Positions 26,441-37,600 of a DNA stretch of 64,000 nucleotides are shown piece by piece; position 1 is the stretch's first letter, and every line of letters starts with the position of its first letter. The DNA is from Eledone cirrhosa (lineage: Eukaryota): contig OZ024741.1 in assembly GCA_964016885.1 (NCBI GenBank), forward strand, positions 7,502,001-7,566,000, read 5' to 3'. The translations under genes and the position numbers were made by a program. The notes below the pieces were generated by a model. That model searched no databases. It saw only the letters and a program-made list of their open reading frames with translations, and was not told the origin of the DNA.

Positions 26441-27653
26441 TGTGTGGGAACAGAGTTCAAAGGGTGTGTAGGGGAGTGGTGGAGAGACATATAGCGAAAC
26501 GAAACGGTGCGAATGAAATTAAAAATAAAAATAAAAATAAAGCATGATCAAAATAAAAGGAATGAAATAAAAATAAATATAAAAGCATGATCAAAATAAA
26601 CTGAAATTAAAAAGGGGTAAAACAGGTGGTTGAAGGGTGTGGGGTGTGTAGGGGTGGTGGCGGGTGGAGTGAGGAGAGGGAGACGGGGTGTCCGAGCGGG
26701 GAGGGCTGAAGGTGGTGTGTGTGTGTAGGTGTACGTGTGTGTGTGTGTGTATGTGAAAATAAGGGTTGGGGGAAGAACGGGGTTGCATGTTCAGGAAGAG
26801 GTGTGTGTGTGTGTGGGGGGGTAGGTCGGAGTGTCTGTGCGTGTGTGGATAGAGGGGTGGGGGGAGGAATCAGGAGGCTGAGGGTGTAAATATGTGGTGG
26901 AAAGCACGTGTGTGTGGGGTTTAAGCGTGTTGTGGGTGTAGGTGGTGTGTGTGTGGGTGAGTTATATAGGTGATTCCGTATGAGGATGGTTGAAATGTTG
27001 GTAAATTCCTATGATGTTTAGTAGATTCCGTGGTGATCAAGTTCCACATACGAGTATTCCATGAAGAGATGGTCGGAAGAGGAGAGATGTGGGGGTGCGC
27101 GCGCAACAGGAAGTGGTCAAGCGGTGGGAGTACTGTGTGTCTGTTTGTGCTGGGAGGTGGTCAGAGGGCATAGCAGCAGTCGGGTGGAATGGTAAAGGGG
27201 CGAGGATGGATAGGTGTGAAAGTTGGAGTGAGCAGGGTGTGTGTGTGTATTAGTAGAGGTGTTAGTGGGATGAGTGAGTGTGGAGCGAGGGTGTGGGTGG
27301 AGCGGGGAGAGAAGGGTGTGTGTAGTTCTATGGAGGGAGTGTGGTGTACTGGTGTGTGTGTAGTTTGATGAAGGGGATGTTAGTGGTGTTAGTATACGGG
27401 AGGTGGGGAAAGGGTTGAATGCAGGTGTGAGTGGGGGTTAGTGGTGGTAGGGTGTGTAGAGTTGGTGGTGTACGAGGGTGTGTGGGTACGTGTGCGTGGG
27501 GTTGGGGGTGTTAGTGATGTTAGTTGCGTGTGGGATGGGTGGTGTAAGTGGGTGCGTGTGTTCGTGTGCTTCGGGTCAGGGGGTGTTAGTGAGGTTAGTT
27601 GCGGGGTGGTGGGATGGAGGTGTGGGGGTGAGGGTTAGTGGTGGTATATATAT

Positions 27654-27965
27654 ATATTGTTATACTTTGGGAGGGTCATGTTGCCAATAAGAAACACACG
27701 CACCAGTTGCTCTTCAATTTATTATAATAAATTTATAAATTTAGGAATTTATAAATTTCCGGTTGGTTGGTTGGTTTCGCTATATGTCTCTCCACCAGAT
27801 GATTGTTTATATATATATATATAAACAATCATCTGGTTGTGGAACCAACCAACCAACCGGAAATTTATAAATTCCTAAATTTATAAATTTATTATAATAA
27901 ATTGAAGAGCAACTGGTGCGTGTGTTTCTTATTGGCAACATGACCCTCCCAAAGTATAACAATAT
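27654..27965. repeat. Long inverted repeat (arms about 120 bp) with nested inner palindrome 27794-27837
   Basis: ATATTGTTATACTTTGGGAGGGTCATG... mirrors ...CATGACCCTCCCAAAGTATAACAATAT; the terminal motif recurs at 30441-30465. Confidence 0.92.
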
Positions 27966-28021
27966 CGGTTTCAACACACGTTTTCAAATAAATAATCTTG
28001 CTAAACAAATTCAGAAACGAA

Positions 28022-28052
<31 letters not shown>

Positions 28053-28247
28053 CTTTACCTGGGTCCTGTATTTTCGTTGCTCTGGTAATGCGGTCGGACT
28101 GCCGATTGCTATATCTAATTTGCTAAGCTGTCTGAACATAATCTTATACTCTGGGGTCTTACCTCATATGAGTGCTAAAGCTACAAACCGAATAAGCATA
28201 CACGCTAGCTTGGCCGTATACTAGAGCTTCGTCTATGCTGTACTAAA

Positions 28248-28306
<59 letters not shown>

Positions 28307-28336
28307 TTTTAATATATGGTATATTAGTTTTAATAT

Positions 28337-29959
28337 ATGGTGATCATTGAGAGTGAGGTGGAGTTCTGCGACGTCGACACAGACGAACTGGGCCTCCTAC
28401 TTAGACTTACCTACGACACTGACTACCTAGACAGCCATGACCTTAGATGTTTCTGCCCTAGTAGACCTATAAGAGGTAGACCCCCCACCATAACCTTAAT
28501 GGCAAAAAAGACTCCCATGGGAAGGTGGATTGAGTGGACCAAAGCTATACGGACCCCCCAAAAACAATGATCAGGTAAGAAAAATGGTCGCACATGCAAT
28601 AGGGGCTAGTATCAAAACTACCCTAAAGGGCCACATATTTAAGTTCAATGAGAAAATCTACACCCAAAATGAGGGAGCAGCCATCGGCGTCAGCATAGCT
28701 GGTGATGTTGCCAATCTTTTCATGGTATGGTGGGAAAGGAGACTTAAAGATCTCCTTAATGAAAGCTCCATAGACCTCATCATGTACTCTCGTTATGTAG
28801 ACGATATCAATATAGTTATAAGAACATCCCCACTAGAGAGAACTAACAAGTTTGATTTAGAACGTAGCACGATGGAAAGCATCCAGCAGATAGCTAATTC
28901 CATACACCAGAGTATAACTGTAACTATCGACTTCCCTTCCAAACACCCTAACAATAGACTACCTGTATTAGACACAGAACTCTGGATTAACACTATAGAC
29001 GAGAGAGCCCAAATTCTCCACTCACACTATGCTAAACCCATGGCCTCCAAATACCTGATACTCAAAAACTCAGCAATGTCCAGTAGTGCTAAGTTTAATA
29101 TTCTGATCGCAGACTTGGAGACTTGGTACGAGTGATGAAGAACGTATCCTGCATGTGCGACCCAACAGAAATGGAAAGACACCTCCAACACTTCATCAAC
29201 CGCATGCGGTTCTCTGGCTACAACCAAAGAGACAGAGTCAGAGTATACGAAGGAGCCATGGAAAAGTATAAGACCCTCATAGAACTGGACATGAAAGGAA
29301 TTTGCCCATTATACAGGAGCAAATCATGGAATAGCTTAGATAGGGCTGGACATAAGATAGGGAAAGCCACATCATGGTATGACAACCAGAGATACCAGAG
29401 TGTCATGTTTGTGGACGCCACCCCTGGAGGGAAATTAGCTAACCAGCGTAAAAAGGCCCTGAGAAAGACCCACTTAAAAATAAAGGTGGTAGAAAAGCCA
29501 GGAACCACCATAAAATCCCTGATCAGCAAAACCTACCCTTTTAAGAAAACCCACTGTACCAATAGGAAATGTATCATATGTAAGGTGAACCCCCGGATAA
29601 ACTGTAAAACTAGAAACGTAGTCTATAGCATAACATGTACAGAGGGTACTTGCTGAAACATGACAACAACATACATAGGTGAGACAGCTCGTAGCATAGG
29701 TGAAAGGATAGACCAACACCGGGGGGAACTAAAAGGACGAAAAAACGGGTCAGTACTATACGAACATGCTAGACAACAACATGACGGTAACATAGACAAC
29801 ATAGAAATTAGAATAATATCTAAACATAGAAATGACCCAGCAGATAGGCAAATCAGAGAGGCCAGTGAAATAGAAATTAGAAGACCAAAGCTAAACAGAA
29901 AGAATGAGTGGAATAACAACAACACCCAAACAAACAACACTGACCTAAGAGAAGTATAA
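28337..29959 (+). pseudogene. Penelope-like element ORF remnant: reverse transcriptase plus C-terminal GIY-YIG endonuclease, 5'-truncated and disrupted
   Basis: RT motifs YTQNEGAAIG..IAGDVANLFM, YSRYVDDI, LPVLD; Cys linker CTNRKCIIC; GIY-YIG NVVYSITC...YIGETARSIGERIDQH. Frameshifts near 28540 and 29120; in-frame TGA at 29654-29656. Confidence 0.92.
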
Positions 29960-30465
29960 ATAAGTAAATAAAATAAGATACATAAATACATACACAAGCA
30001 CAATAACAACAAGCACATAAACACACACTAGTCACCCAGCAAACATAACACTATACACACTAGTCACACAGCAAACATAACACTATACACACACGCAAAC
30101 GCATGCGCAAAGAAGACAAAATAAAATAAACAAACAAGCAAATAAATAAATAAATATATAGACAGACTGAATAAAAAATAGCGTAGACATACAACACAAC
30201 AGGAGGAAAATATAACACTACTGACGATGTTGCAGATGTGCAACGAAAGATTTATGTAAATTATGTAAACTATATATATGTGTTTGTGTCTATATTGTAT
30301 CTGTATTAATTTTGACCGTCGGTCAGTCAATGGCAACATTGAGGACCGAGTAAGCTAGATTACAGATATAAAAGACAGCGAGAAGCGAAAACCAACCAAA
30401 CAGTGTGTTCTGTTATTAATTCTGGCAATATTACACAACTATGACCCTCCCCAAGTATAACAATA
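28337..30465 (+). mobile_element. Penelope-like retroelement (Cys-rich linker suggests Neptune-type) with 3' pLTR
   Basis: ORF above plus a 3' region with hammerhead core CTGACGA-T-GTTGCA-GATG-TGCAAC-GAAA (30221-30248) and terminal ATGACCCTCCCCAAGTATAACAATA. Confidence 0.8.
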
Positions 30466-30466
30466 G

Positions 30467-30591
30467 TTTTAATATAGATGAGATTCTACAGGACTAGAAC
30501 TGTTTCATTCGTAAGAAATCATCAGAAGATTCCTGATGATTTCTAAAGAATGAAACAGTTCTAGTCCTGTAGAATCTCATCTATATTAAAA
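30467..30591. repeat. 125-bp palindrome (7-nt spacer) built from a hammerhead sequence
   Basis: TTTTAATATAGATGAGATTCTACAGG...AAATCATCAG-AAGATTC-CTGATGATTT...CCTGTAGAATCTCATCTATATTAAAA. Confidence 0.92.
30527..30577 (+). ncRNA. Type I hammerhead ribozyme
   Basis: AGATTC-CTGATGA-T-TTC-TAAA-GAA-T-GAAA-CAG-TTCTAGTC-CTG-TA-GAATCT; stem II is weak (U-U at its base). Confidence 0.7.
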
Positions 30592-30594
30592 TAT

Positions 30595-30697
<103 letters not shown>

Positions 30698-30770
30698 TAC
30701 TCTCTATATTATTACATTACGATTGACTATACGGAATAGACCAGCTCTATACAGTGGTAAACCTCAAACC

Positions 30771-30858
<88 letters not shown>

Positions 30859-30969
30859 TATGTATATATGTATATATGTATATATATATAGGAAAATAGT
30901 CAGGACGCCATATATATATATATATATATATATACAAGCGCGCACACATACATACACACTCATACATTT

Positions 30970-31067
<98 letters not shown>

Positions 31068-31078
31068 TATATATATAT

Positions 31079-31310
31079 ATATCACAGAAAAAAAGAAAAT
31101 CAGTGTTGCGACGAATGGAATTTATTGGATATATTACAATCGTTTCTCTGGCGAGCATCTCGAGGCACGATCGATGTGATGATCGAACCTGACTCTGAAA
31201 ATCGCAACGTCTTGATTCTACGAACCTAGAGCTGGTTGCCAGAGAAACGATTGTAATATGTCCAATAAATTCCATTTGTCGCAACACTGATTCTCTTTTT
31301 TTCTGTGATA
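31079..31310. repeat. Fold-back element with about 75-bp imperfect inverted arms, homologous to the 3' half of the 58923-59060 hammerhead island
   Basis: ATCACAGAAAAAAAGAAAATCAGTGTTGCGAC... mirrors ...GTCGCAACACTGATTCTCTTTTTTTCTGTGAT; shares CAGAGTC.GGTTCGATC and GAGAAAC...TGTAATAT with 58948-59016. Confidence 0.8.
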
Positions 31311-31338
31311 TCATACTCTGCTTTAAGCATCCAACAAC

Positions 31339-31393
<55 letters not shown>

Positions 31394-31899
31394 GCGTGTG
31401 TGTGTGTGTCTGTGTGTGTGTGTATGTGAGACTGCTTCATGGTGGCTATAATAGGTGTATGAGAGTAAATAACACATTTACGAGAGAGTATATTTGCTGC
31501 ACCAACAACGAAAGCAACAACAGCAGTAACAACAAACATAACACTACCACCAGCACCATCACCATAACCCCCTCATGAACCATTACCTGACCACCACCAC
31601 CTCCACCACCTCCACCACCACCACTGTCGTGACAGTGACTACCAATCAACCAGCAGGTATCAATTTTCAGAGTCACCGGTGCGTAGAACAATGAGAAAAA
31701 TTACGAGGCGTTAAGTAGATAAATTAACAACATTTCCGCCATATTGGCCCTCAATTAGGTGGAATCATTATTTGACATCTCACAGCTCGATCTCGCCATA
31801 TTGCCAAACAAAATGGCGACTGGTGAAATATTACAGTAATATATCTCATTGAACTTATTGATGTACTTCATGTTTGGGGTGGGGGTGGGGAGTAACATT

Positions 31900-31974
31900 C
31901 ATATACATATATACACATATACACACACATATATATATATATATATATACACTCATATACACATATACACATAT

Positions 31975-32022
<48 letters not shown>

Positions 32023-32140
32023 TCATATACACATATACACATATACACATATACACATATACACATACACACACACACATATATATATATACACTCATAT
32101 ACACATATACACATATACACATATACACATATACACATAT

Positions 32141-32171
<31 letters not shown>

Positions 32172-32882
32172 CATACACTCATATACACATATACACATAT
32201 ATACACATAAACATACATACACATATACACATATACGCATGTACACATGCATATACAAATACATATACATATATAAACATACATACACACTAACAAACAT
32301 ACATAACAGGCAGACATACACATATACAAACGCTCACACACATACACACGCACACATATATATGCGCACAAATACACACACAGATAGACAAACATACACA
32401 TACATACAGACGCACATATATACAAACGCACATAGACAGACAGACGACCATACATATACACACACACACACATACACACACATAGACACACACACACATA
32501 CATTCATTCATCCACTCATACTTATTTGTAATCAAATATATATGAGTGCATGCGCATGTGTGTGAACGCGCATGTATGTTTGTTTGTGCATGTATGTGTA
32601 CGAGCGCGTTCGTGTGTGTGTATGTTTGTGTGTGTGCATACTTGTGTGCAGGTGTGTGCATATGTGTGTGTTCCTGCGTGCTTGTGTGTATATGTGTGCG
32701 TGCTTGTGGGTATGTGTGTACGTGCTTGTGTGAGTGCGTGATTGTGTGTATGTGTGGGCGTCTGTATGTATGTATGCGCAAGCAGATGTATGTGTGTGTA
32801 TGCTTGCATTTGTGTACGTGCTTGTTTGTGTCCGCTTGGGTGTGTTTGTGTGTGTATGTGTGTATACACATATGTGTGTGTA
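31900..32882. repeat. (CATA)n/(CA)n and (TG)n microsatellite field
   Basis: Direct reading. Confidence 0.92.
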
Positions 32883-32979
32883 TAGAAAATGTTAATCTCC
32901 CTAAATTTCGGATGATAAATTCGATATTGATTTCTAATTGAAGGTCAAGGCCAGGAAATTGTGTGACAGGGAAAATGAA

Positions 32980-33100
32980 TCAATCAACGGAACGGTTCAC
33001 TCGTGGAATTTATCTTCAAGACGGTGAACAGTCCACAGACACGTGTACACTAACCTTAATCCACAGACAAACCCAGAAAGACACAGTGTGTGACATGGCT
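32980..33100 (-). mobile_element. Decayed family 1 SINE body
   Basis: ATCAACGGAAC..CTCGTGGAATT..TCCACAGACACGTGTAC is the reverse complement of the shared body. Confidence 0.6.
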
Positions 33101-33292
33101 GAAACTTCGCCCATCGGACGAGCTTATACACAGTTTTTGGCGACCCAATTCTACTGACGAGGCTTGGTCGACTTGAGTCTATGTTAAATGGTACTTGACC
33201 GACATGTCACGTGACGTGATAAAACTCTCAACCTTATGATTGCAAACTGAACCACTAAACTAGAGGTTCTCAAACCTTTTGGGTCACCTCCA

Positions 33293-33398
33293 AGCAAAGT
33301 TAACTTCGGCGGGATTTGAACTCAGAATGGCAAGGGCCGTAACTCTATGCGTCAAAGCATGGCGTCCGACCCTCTACGATACTGCCAATCCACCGACC
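33293..33398 (-). mobile_element. Family 2 SINE head, local variant; single-copy form of the 54738-57170 unit
   Basis: GGCGGGATTTGAACTCAGAATGG...AAAGCATGGCGTCCGACCCTCTACGATACTGCCAATCCACCG. Confidence 0.8.
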
Positions 33399-34049
33399 TA
33401 TGTTTATATATATGTATCATTTGATATTTAATATACTATTATATCATCTCTACTACTCCCTTAGGCCACAGATCCCCCCTGGACCTTCCCAACGACCCCC
33501 TCTCCACCACACTCCTCTCATCACCATACCACCACTACCACTACTACCACCCCTCTCCTCGCACGACGACGACAACCACCACCACGACCACCACGACCAC
33601 TACGACCACCACCGCACCACCACCACCACCACCACCACCACCACTACGACGACCACCACACCACCACCACCACCACGACCACCACCACCACCATCACCAC
33701 CACGACCACTACGATCACTACCACTCTCCTCAGGCCACAACTCTCCTCACACCACACCACCACTACACCACCACTCTCCTCACCCCACCATCCCACCCCA
33801 CCACACCACCACCACCACCACCACCACTACCTTCCTCAACTCTCTACCATACCTCCCCCTAGTAGATCTCCCAGTTGCCACGACTACCTGTAGTGTGTTG
33901 TCCTGGTTGCCTGAACATAGTCTTTCATTCCATCTGGTCATGCAGTGATCACCACAGGAATCTAACTGGTGCTGGTACATTCTTTGATTAGAGATCGATA
34001 GTGATTTGTTGATTTTTATTTTTATTTTTATTAATTCGTGAAATGCTTC

Positions 34050-34115
34050 CACGGGCCGCACGAAACTCTTTGGCGGGCCGCATTCGGCCCGGGGGTCGTA
34101 GTTTGCCTACCCCTG
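34050..34115 (+). mobile_element. Terminal fragment resembling a hAT (Charlie-like) DNA transposon end
   Basis: GGCGGGCCGCATTCGGCCCGGGGGTCGTAGTTTGCCTACCCCTG resembles hAT subterminal GGGCCG repeats and a CAGGGGT TIR; no partner end found. Confidence 0.6.
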
Positions 34116-34428
34116 CCTTAGGCAAGTATTTCATACCTCCTCACGTATTTCCTGTATTGAAGTATATTTTATAATAGTTGTTCAATACTTCACAATCATT
34201 AGGTTCAGGGTTCGATCACATTGTCTGGCATCTTGAACAAATGTTTTACTATAGCCTAGGATAAGATTTGGTAGACGGAAACTGTGTGGAAGTCTGTTCG
34301 ATCTGATGGACTGTGACATTAATTCAAAGAGCCATCCTTGTCACAAGAAACCAGCTCGATAAAATAAAGTACCAGTAATGCACTGGTTAATTGTTGGCCT
34401 TGTGCCAAAAGTAGAAACAATTATTAAA

Positions 34429-34622
34429 GGGCGGTGGATTGGCAGTATCGGTAGAGCATCAGACACCATGCTTGGAGGCATAGAGTTACGGTCCTTGCCA
34501 TTCTGAGTTCAAATCCCGCCGAGGTTTACTTTGCCATTCATCCTTACGGGGTCGATAAAATAAAGTACCAGTAATGCACTGAGGTAATTGCTGGCATTGT
34601 GCCAAAAGTAGAAACAATTATT
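34429..34622 (+). mobile_element. Full-length family 2 tRNA-derived SINE, preceded by a duplicate of its own tail (about 34357-34425)
   Basis: GGCGGTGGATTGGCAGTATCGGTAGAG (A-box region), GAGTTCAAATCCC (B-box), TTTGCCATTCATCCTTACGGGGTCGATAAAATAAAGTACCAG. Confidence 0.85.
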
Positions 34623-34671
34623 AAATAGTAAAGGAGGGAGGTGAATTGTAGCTTTGTCATACACTCTATCA

Positions 34672-37600
34672 GGTTGTGTATGTGGTCTAGTGGTTGTGTA
34701 GGTGGTCTAGTGGTTGTGTAGGTGGTCTAGTGGTTGTGTAGGTGGTCAAGTGGTTGTGTAGGTGGTCAAGTGGTTGCGTAGGTGGTCTAGTGCTTGTGTA
34801 GGTGGTCTAGTGGTTGTGTAGGTGGTCTAGTGGTTGTGTAGGTGGTCAAGTGGTTGTGTAGGTGGTCTAGTGTTTGTGTAGGTGGTCTAGTGGTTGTGTA
34901 GGTGGTCTAGTGGTTGTGTAGGTGGTCTAGTGGTTGTGTAGGTGGTCTAGTGCTTGTGTAGGTGGTCTAGTGGTTGTGTAGGTGGTCTAGTGGTTGTGTA
35001 GGTGGTCTAGTGCTTGTGTAGGTGGTCTAGTGGTTGTGTAGGTGGTCTAGTGGTTGTGTAGGTGGTCTAGTGGTTGTGTAGGTGGTCTAGTGGTTGTGTA
35101 GGTGGTCTAGTGGTTGTGTAGGTGGTCTAGTGGTTGTGTAGGTGGTCAAGTGGTTGTGTAGGTGGTCTAGTGGTTGTGTAGGTGGTCTAGTGGTTGTTTA
35201 GGTGGTCTAGTGGTTGTGTAGGTGGTCTAGTGGTTGTGTAGGTGGTCTAGTGGTTGTGTAGGTGGTCTAGTGGTTGTGTAGGTGGTCTTGTGGTTGTGTA
35301 GGTGGTCTAGTGCTTGTGTAGGTGGTCTAGTGGTTGTGTAGGTGGTCTAGTGGTTGTGTAGGTGGTCTAGTGGTTGTGTAGGTGGTCTAGTGGTTGTTTA
35401 GGTGGTCTAGTGGTTGTTTAGGTGGTCTAGTGGTTGTGTAGGTGGTTTAGTGCTTGTGTAGGTGGTCTAGTGCTTGTGTAGGTGGTCTAGTGGTTGTGTA
35501 GGTGGTCTAGTGGTTGTGTAGGTGGTCTAGTGGTTGTGTAGGTGGTCTAGTGGTTGTGTAGGTGGTCTAGTGGTTGTTTAGGTGGTCTAGTGGTTGTGTA
35601 GGTGGTCTAGTGGTTGTTTAGGTGGTCTAGTGCTTGTGTAGGTGGTCTAGTGGTTGTGTAGGTGGTCTAGTGGTTGTGTAGGTGGTCTAGTGCTTGTGTA
35701 GGTGGTCTAGTGGTTGTGTAGGTGGTCTAGTGGTTGTGTAGGTGGTCTAGTGGTTGTGTAGGTGGTCTAGTGGTTGTTTAGGTGGTCTAGTGGTTGTGTA
35801 GGTGGTCTAGTGGTTGTGTAGGTGGTCTAGTGGTTGTGTAGGCGGTCTAGTGCTTGTGTAGGTGGTCTAGTGGTTGTGTAGGCGGTCTAGTGGTTGTGTA
35901 GGTGGTCTAGTGCTTGTGTAGGTGGTCTAGTGGTTGTGTAGGTGGTCTAGTGGTTGTGTAGGTGGTCTAGTGGTGTGTAGGTGGTCTAGTGGTTGTGTAG
36001 GTGGTCTAGTGGTTGTTTAGGTGGTCTAGTGCTTGTGTAGGTGGTCTAGTGGTTGTGTAGGTGGTCTAGTGGTTGTGTAGGTGGTCTAGTGGTTGTGTAG
36101 GTGGTCTAGTGGTTGTGTAGGTGGTCTAGTGGTTGTGTAGGTGGTCTAGTGGTTGTGTAGGTGGTCTAGTGGTTGTGTAGGTGGTCTAGTGGTTGTGTAG
36201 GTGGTCTAGTGCTTGTGTAGGTGGTCTAGTGGTTGTGTAGGTGGTCTAGTGGTTGTGTAGGTGGTCTAGTGGTTGTGTAGGTGGTCTAGTGGTTGTGTAG
36301 GTGGTCTAGTGGTTGTTTAGGTGGTCTAGTGGTTGTGTAGGTGGTCTAGTGGTTGTTTAGGTGGTCTAGTGGTTGTGTAGGTGGTCTAGTGGTTGTGTAG
36401 GTGGTCTAGTGTTTGTGTAGGTGGTCTAGTGGTTGTGTAGGTGGTCTAGTGGTTGTGTAGGTGGTCTAGTGCTTGTGTAGGTGGTCTAGTGGTTGTGTAG
36501 GTGGTCTAGTGGTTGTGTAGGTGGTCTAGTGGTTGTGTAGGTGGTCTAGTGGTTGTGTAGGTGGACTAGTGGTTGTGTAGGTGGTCTAGTGGTTGTGTAG
36601 GTGGTCTAGTGGTTGTGTAGGTGGTCTAGTGGTTGTGTAGGTGGTCTAGTGGTTGTGTAGGTGGTCAAGTGGTTGTGTAGGTGGTCTAGTGGTTGTGTAG
36701 GTGGTCTAGTGGTTGTTTAGGTGGTCTAGTGGTTGTGTAGGTGGTCTAGTGGTTGTGTAGGTGGTCTAGTGGTTGTGTAGGTGGTCTAGTGGTTGTGTAG
36801 GTGGTCTTGTGGTTGTGTAGGTGGTCTAGTGCTTGTGTAGGTGGTCTAGTGGTTGTGTAGGTGGTCTAGTGGTTGTGTAGGTGGTCTAGTGGTTGTGTAG
36901 GTGGTCTAGTGGTTGTTTAGGTGGTCTAGTGGTTGTTTAGGTGGTCTAGTGGTTGTGTAGGTGGTTTAGTGCTTGTGTAGGTGGTCTAGTGCTTGTGTAG
37001 GTGGTCTAGTGGTTGTGTAGGTGGTCTAGTGGTTGTGTAGGTGGTCTAGTGGTTGTGTAGGTGGTCTAGTGGTTGTGTAGGTGGTCTAGTGGTTGTTTAG
37101 GTGGTCTAGTGGTTGTGTAGGTGGTCTAGTGGTTGTTTAGGTGGTCTAGTGCTTGTGTAGGTGGTCTAGTGGTTGTGTAGGTGGTCTAGTGGTTGTGTAG
37201 GTGGTCTAGTGCTTGTGTAGGTGGTCTAGTGGTTGTGTAGGTGGTCTAGTGGTTGTGTAGGTGGTCTAGTGGTTGTGTAGGTGGTCTAGTGGTTGTTTAG
37301 GTGGTCTAGTGGTTGTGTAGGTGGTCTAGTGGTTGTGTAGGTGGTCTAGTGGTTGTGTAGGCGGTCTAGTGCTTGTGTAGGTGGTCTAGTGGTTGTGTAG
37401 GCGGTCTAGTGGTTGTGTAGGTGGTCTAGTGCTTGTGTAGGTGGTCTAGTGGTTGTGTAGGTGGTCTAGTGGTTGTGTAGGTGGTCTAGTGGTGTGTAGG
37501 TGGTCTAGTGGTTGTGTAGGTGGTCTAGTGGTTGTTTAGGTGGTCTAGTGCTTGTGTAGGTGGTCTAGTGGTTGTGTAGGTGGTCTAGTGGTTGTGTAGG

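Noticed and set aside
26450-27645. G/T-rich stretch as decayed Penelope ORF on the minus strand
   Set aside because: Only a short HFNHPH-like peptide; low complexity prevents a call.
29654-29656. In-frame TGA in GIY-YIG as possible selenocysteine, as reported for Naiad Penelope-like elements
   Set aside because: It follows a Cys rather than replacing one, the element has frameshifts elsewhere, the endonuclease is C-terminal unlike Naiad, and no SECIS was recognised; a nonsense mutation is simpler.
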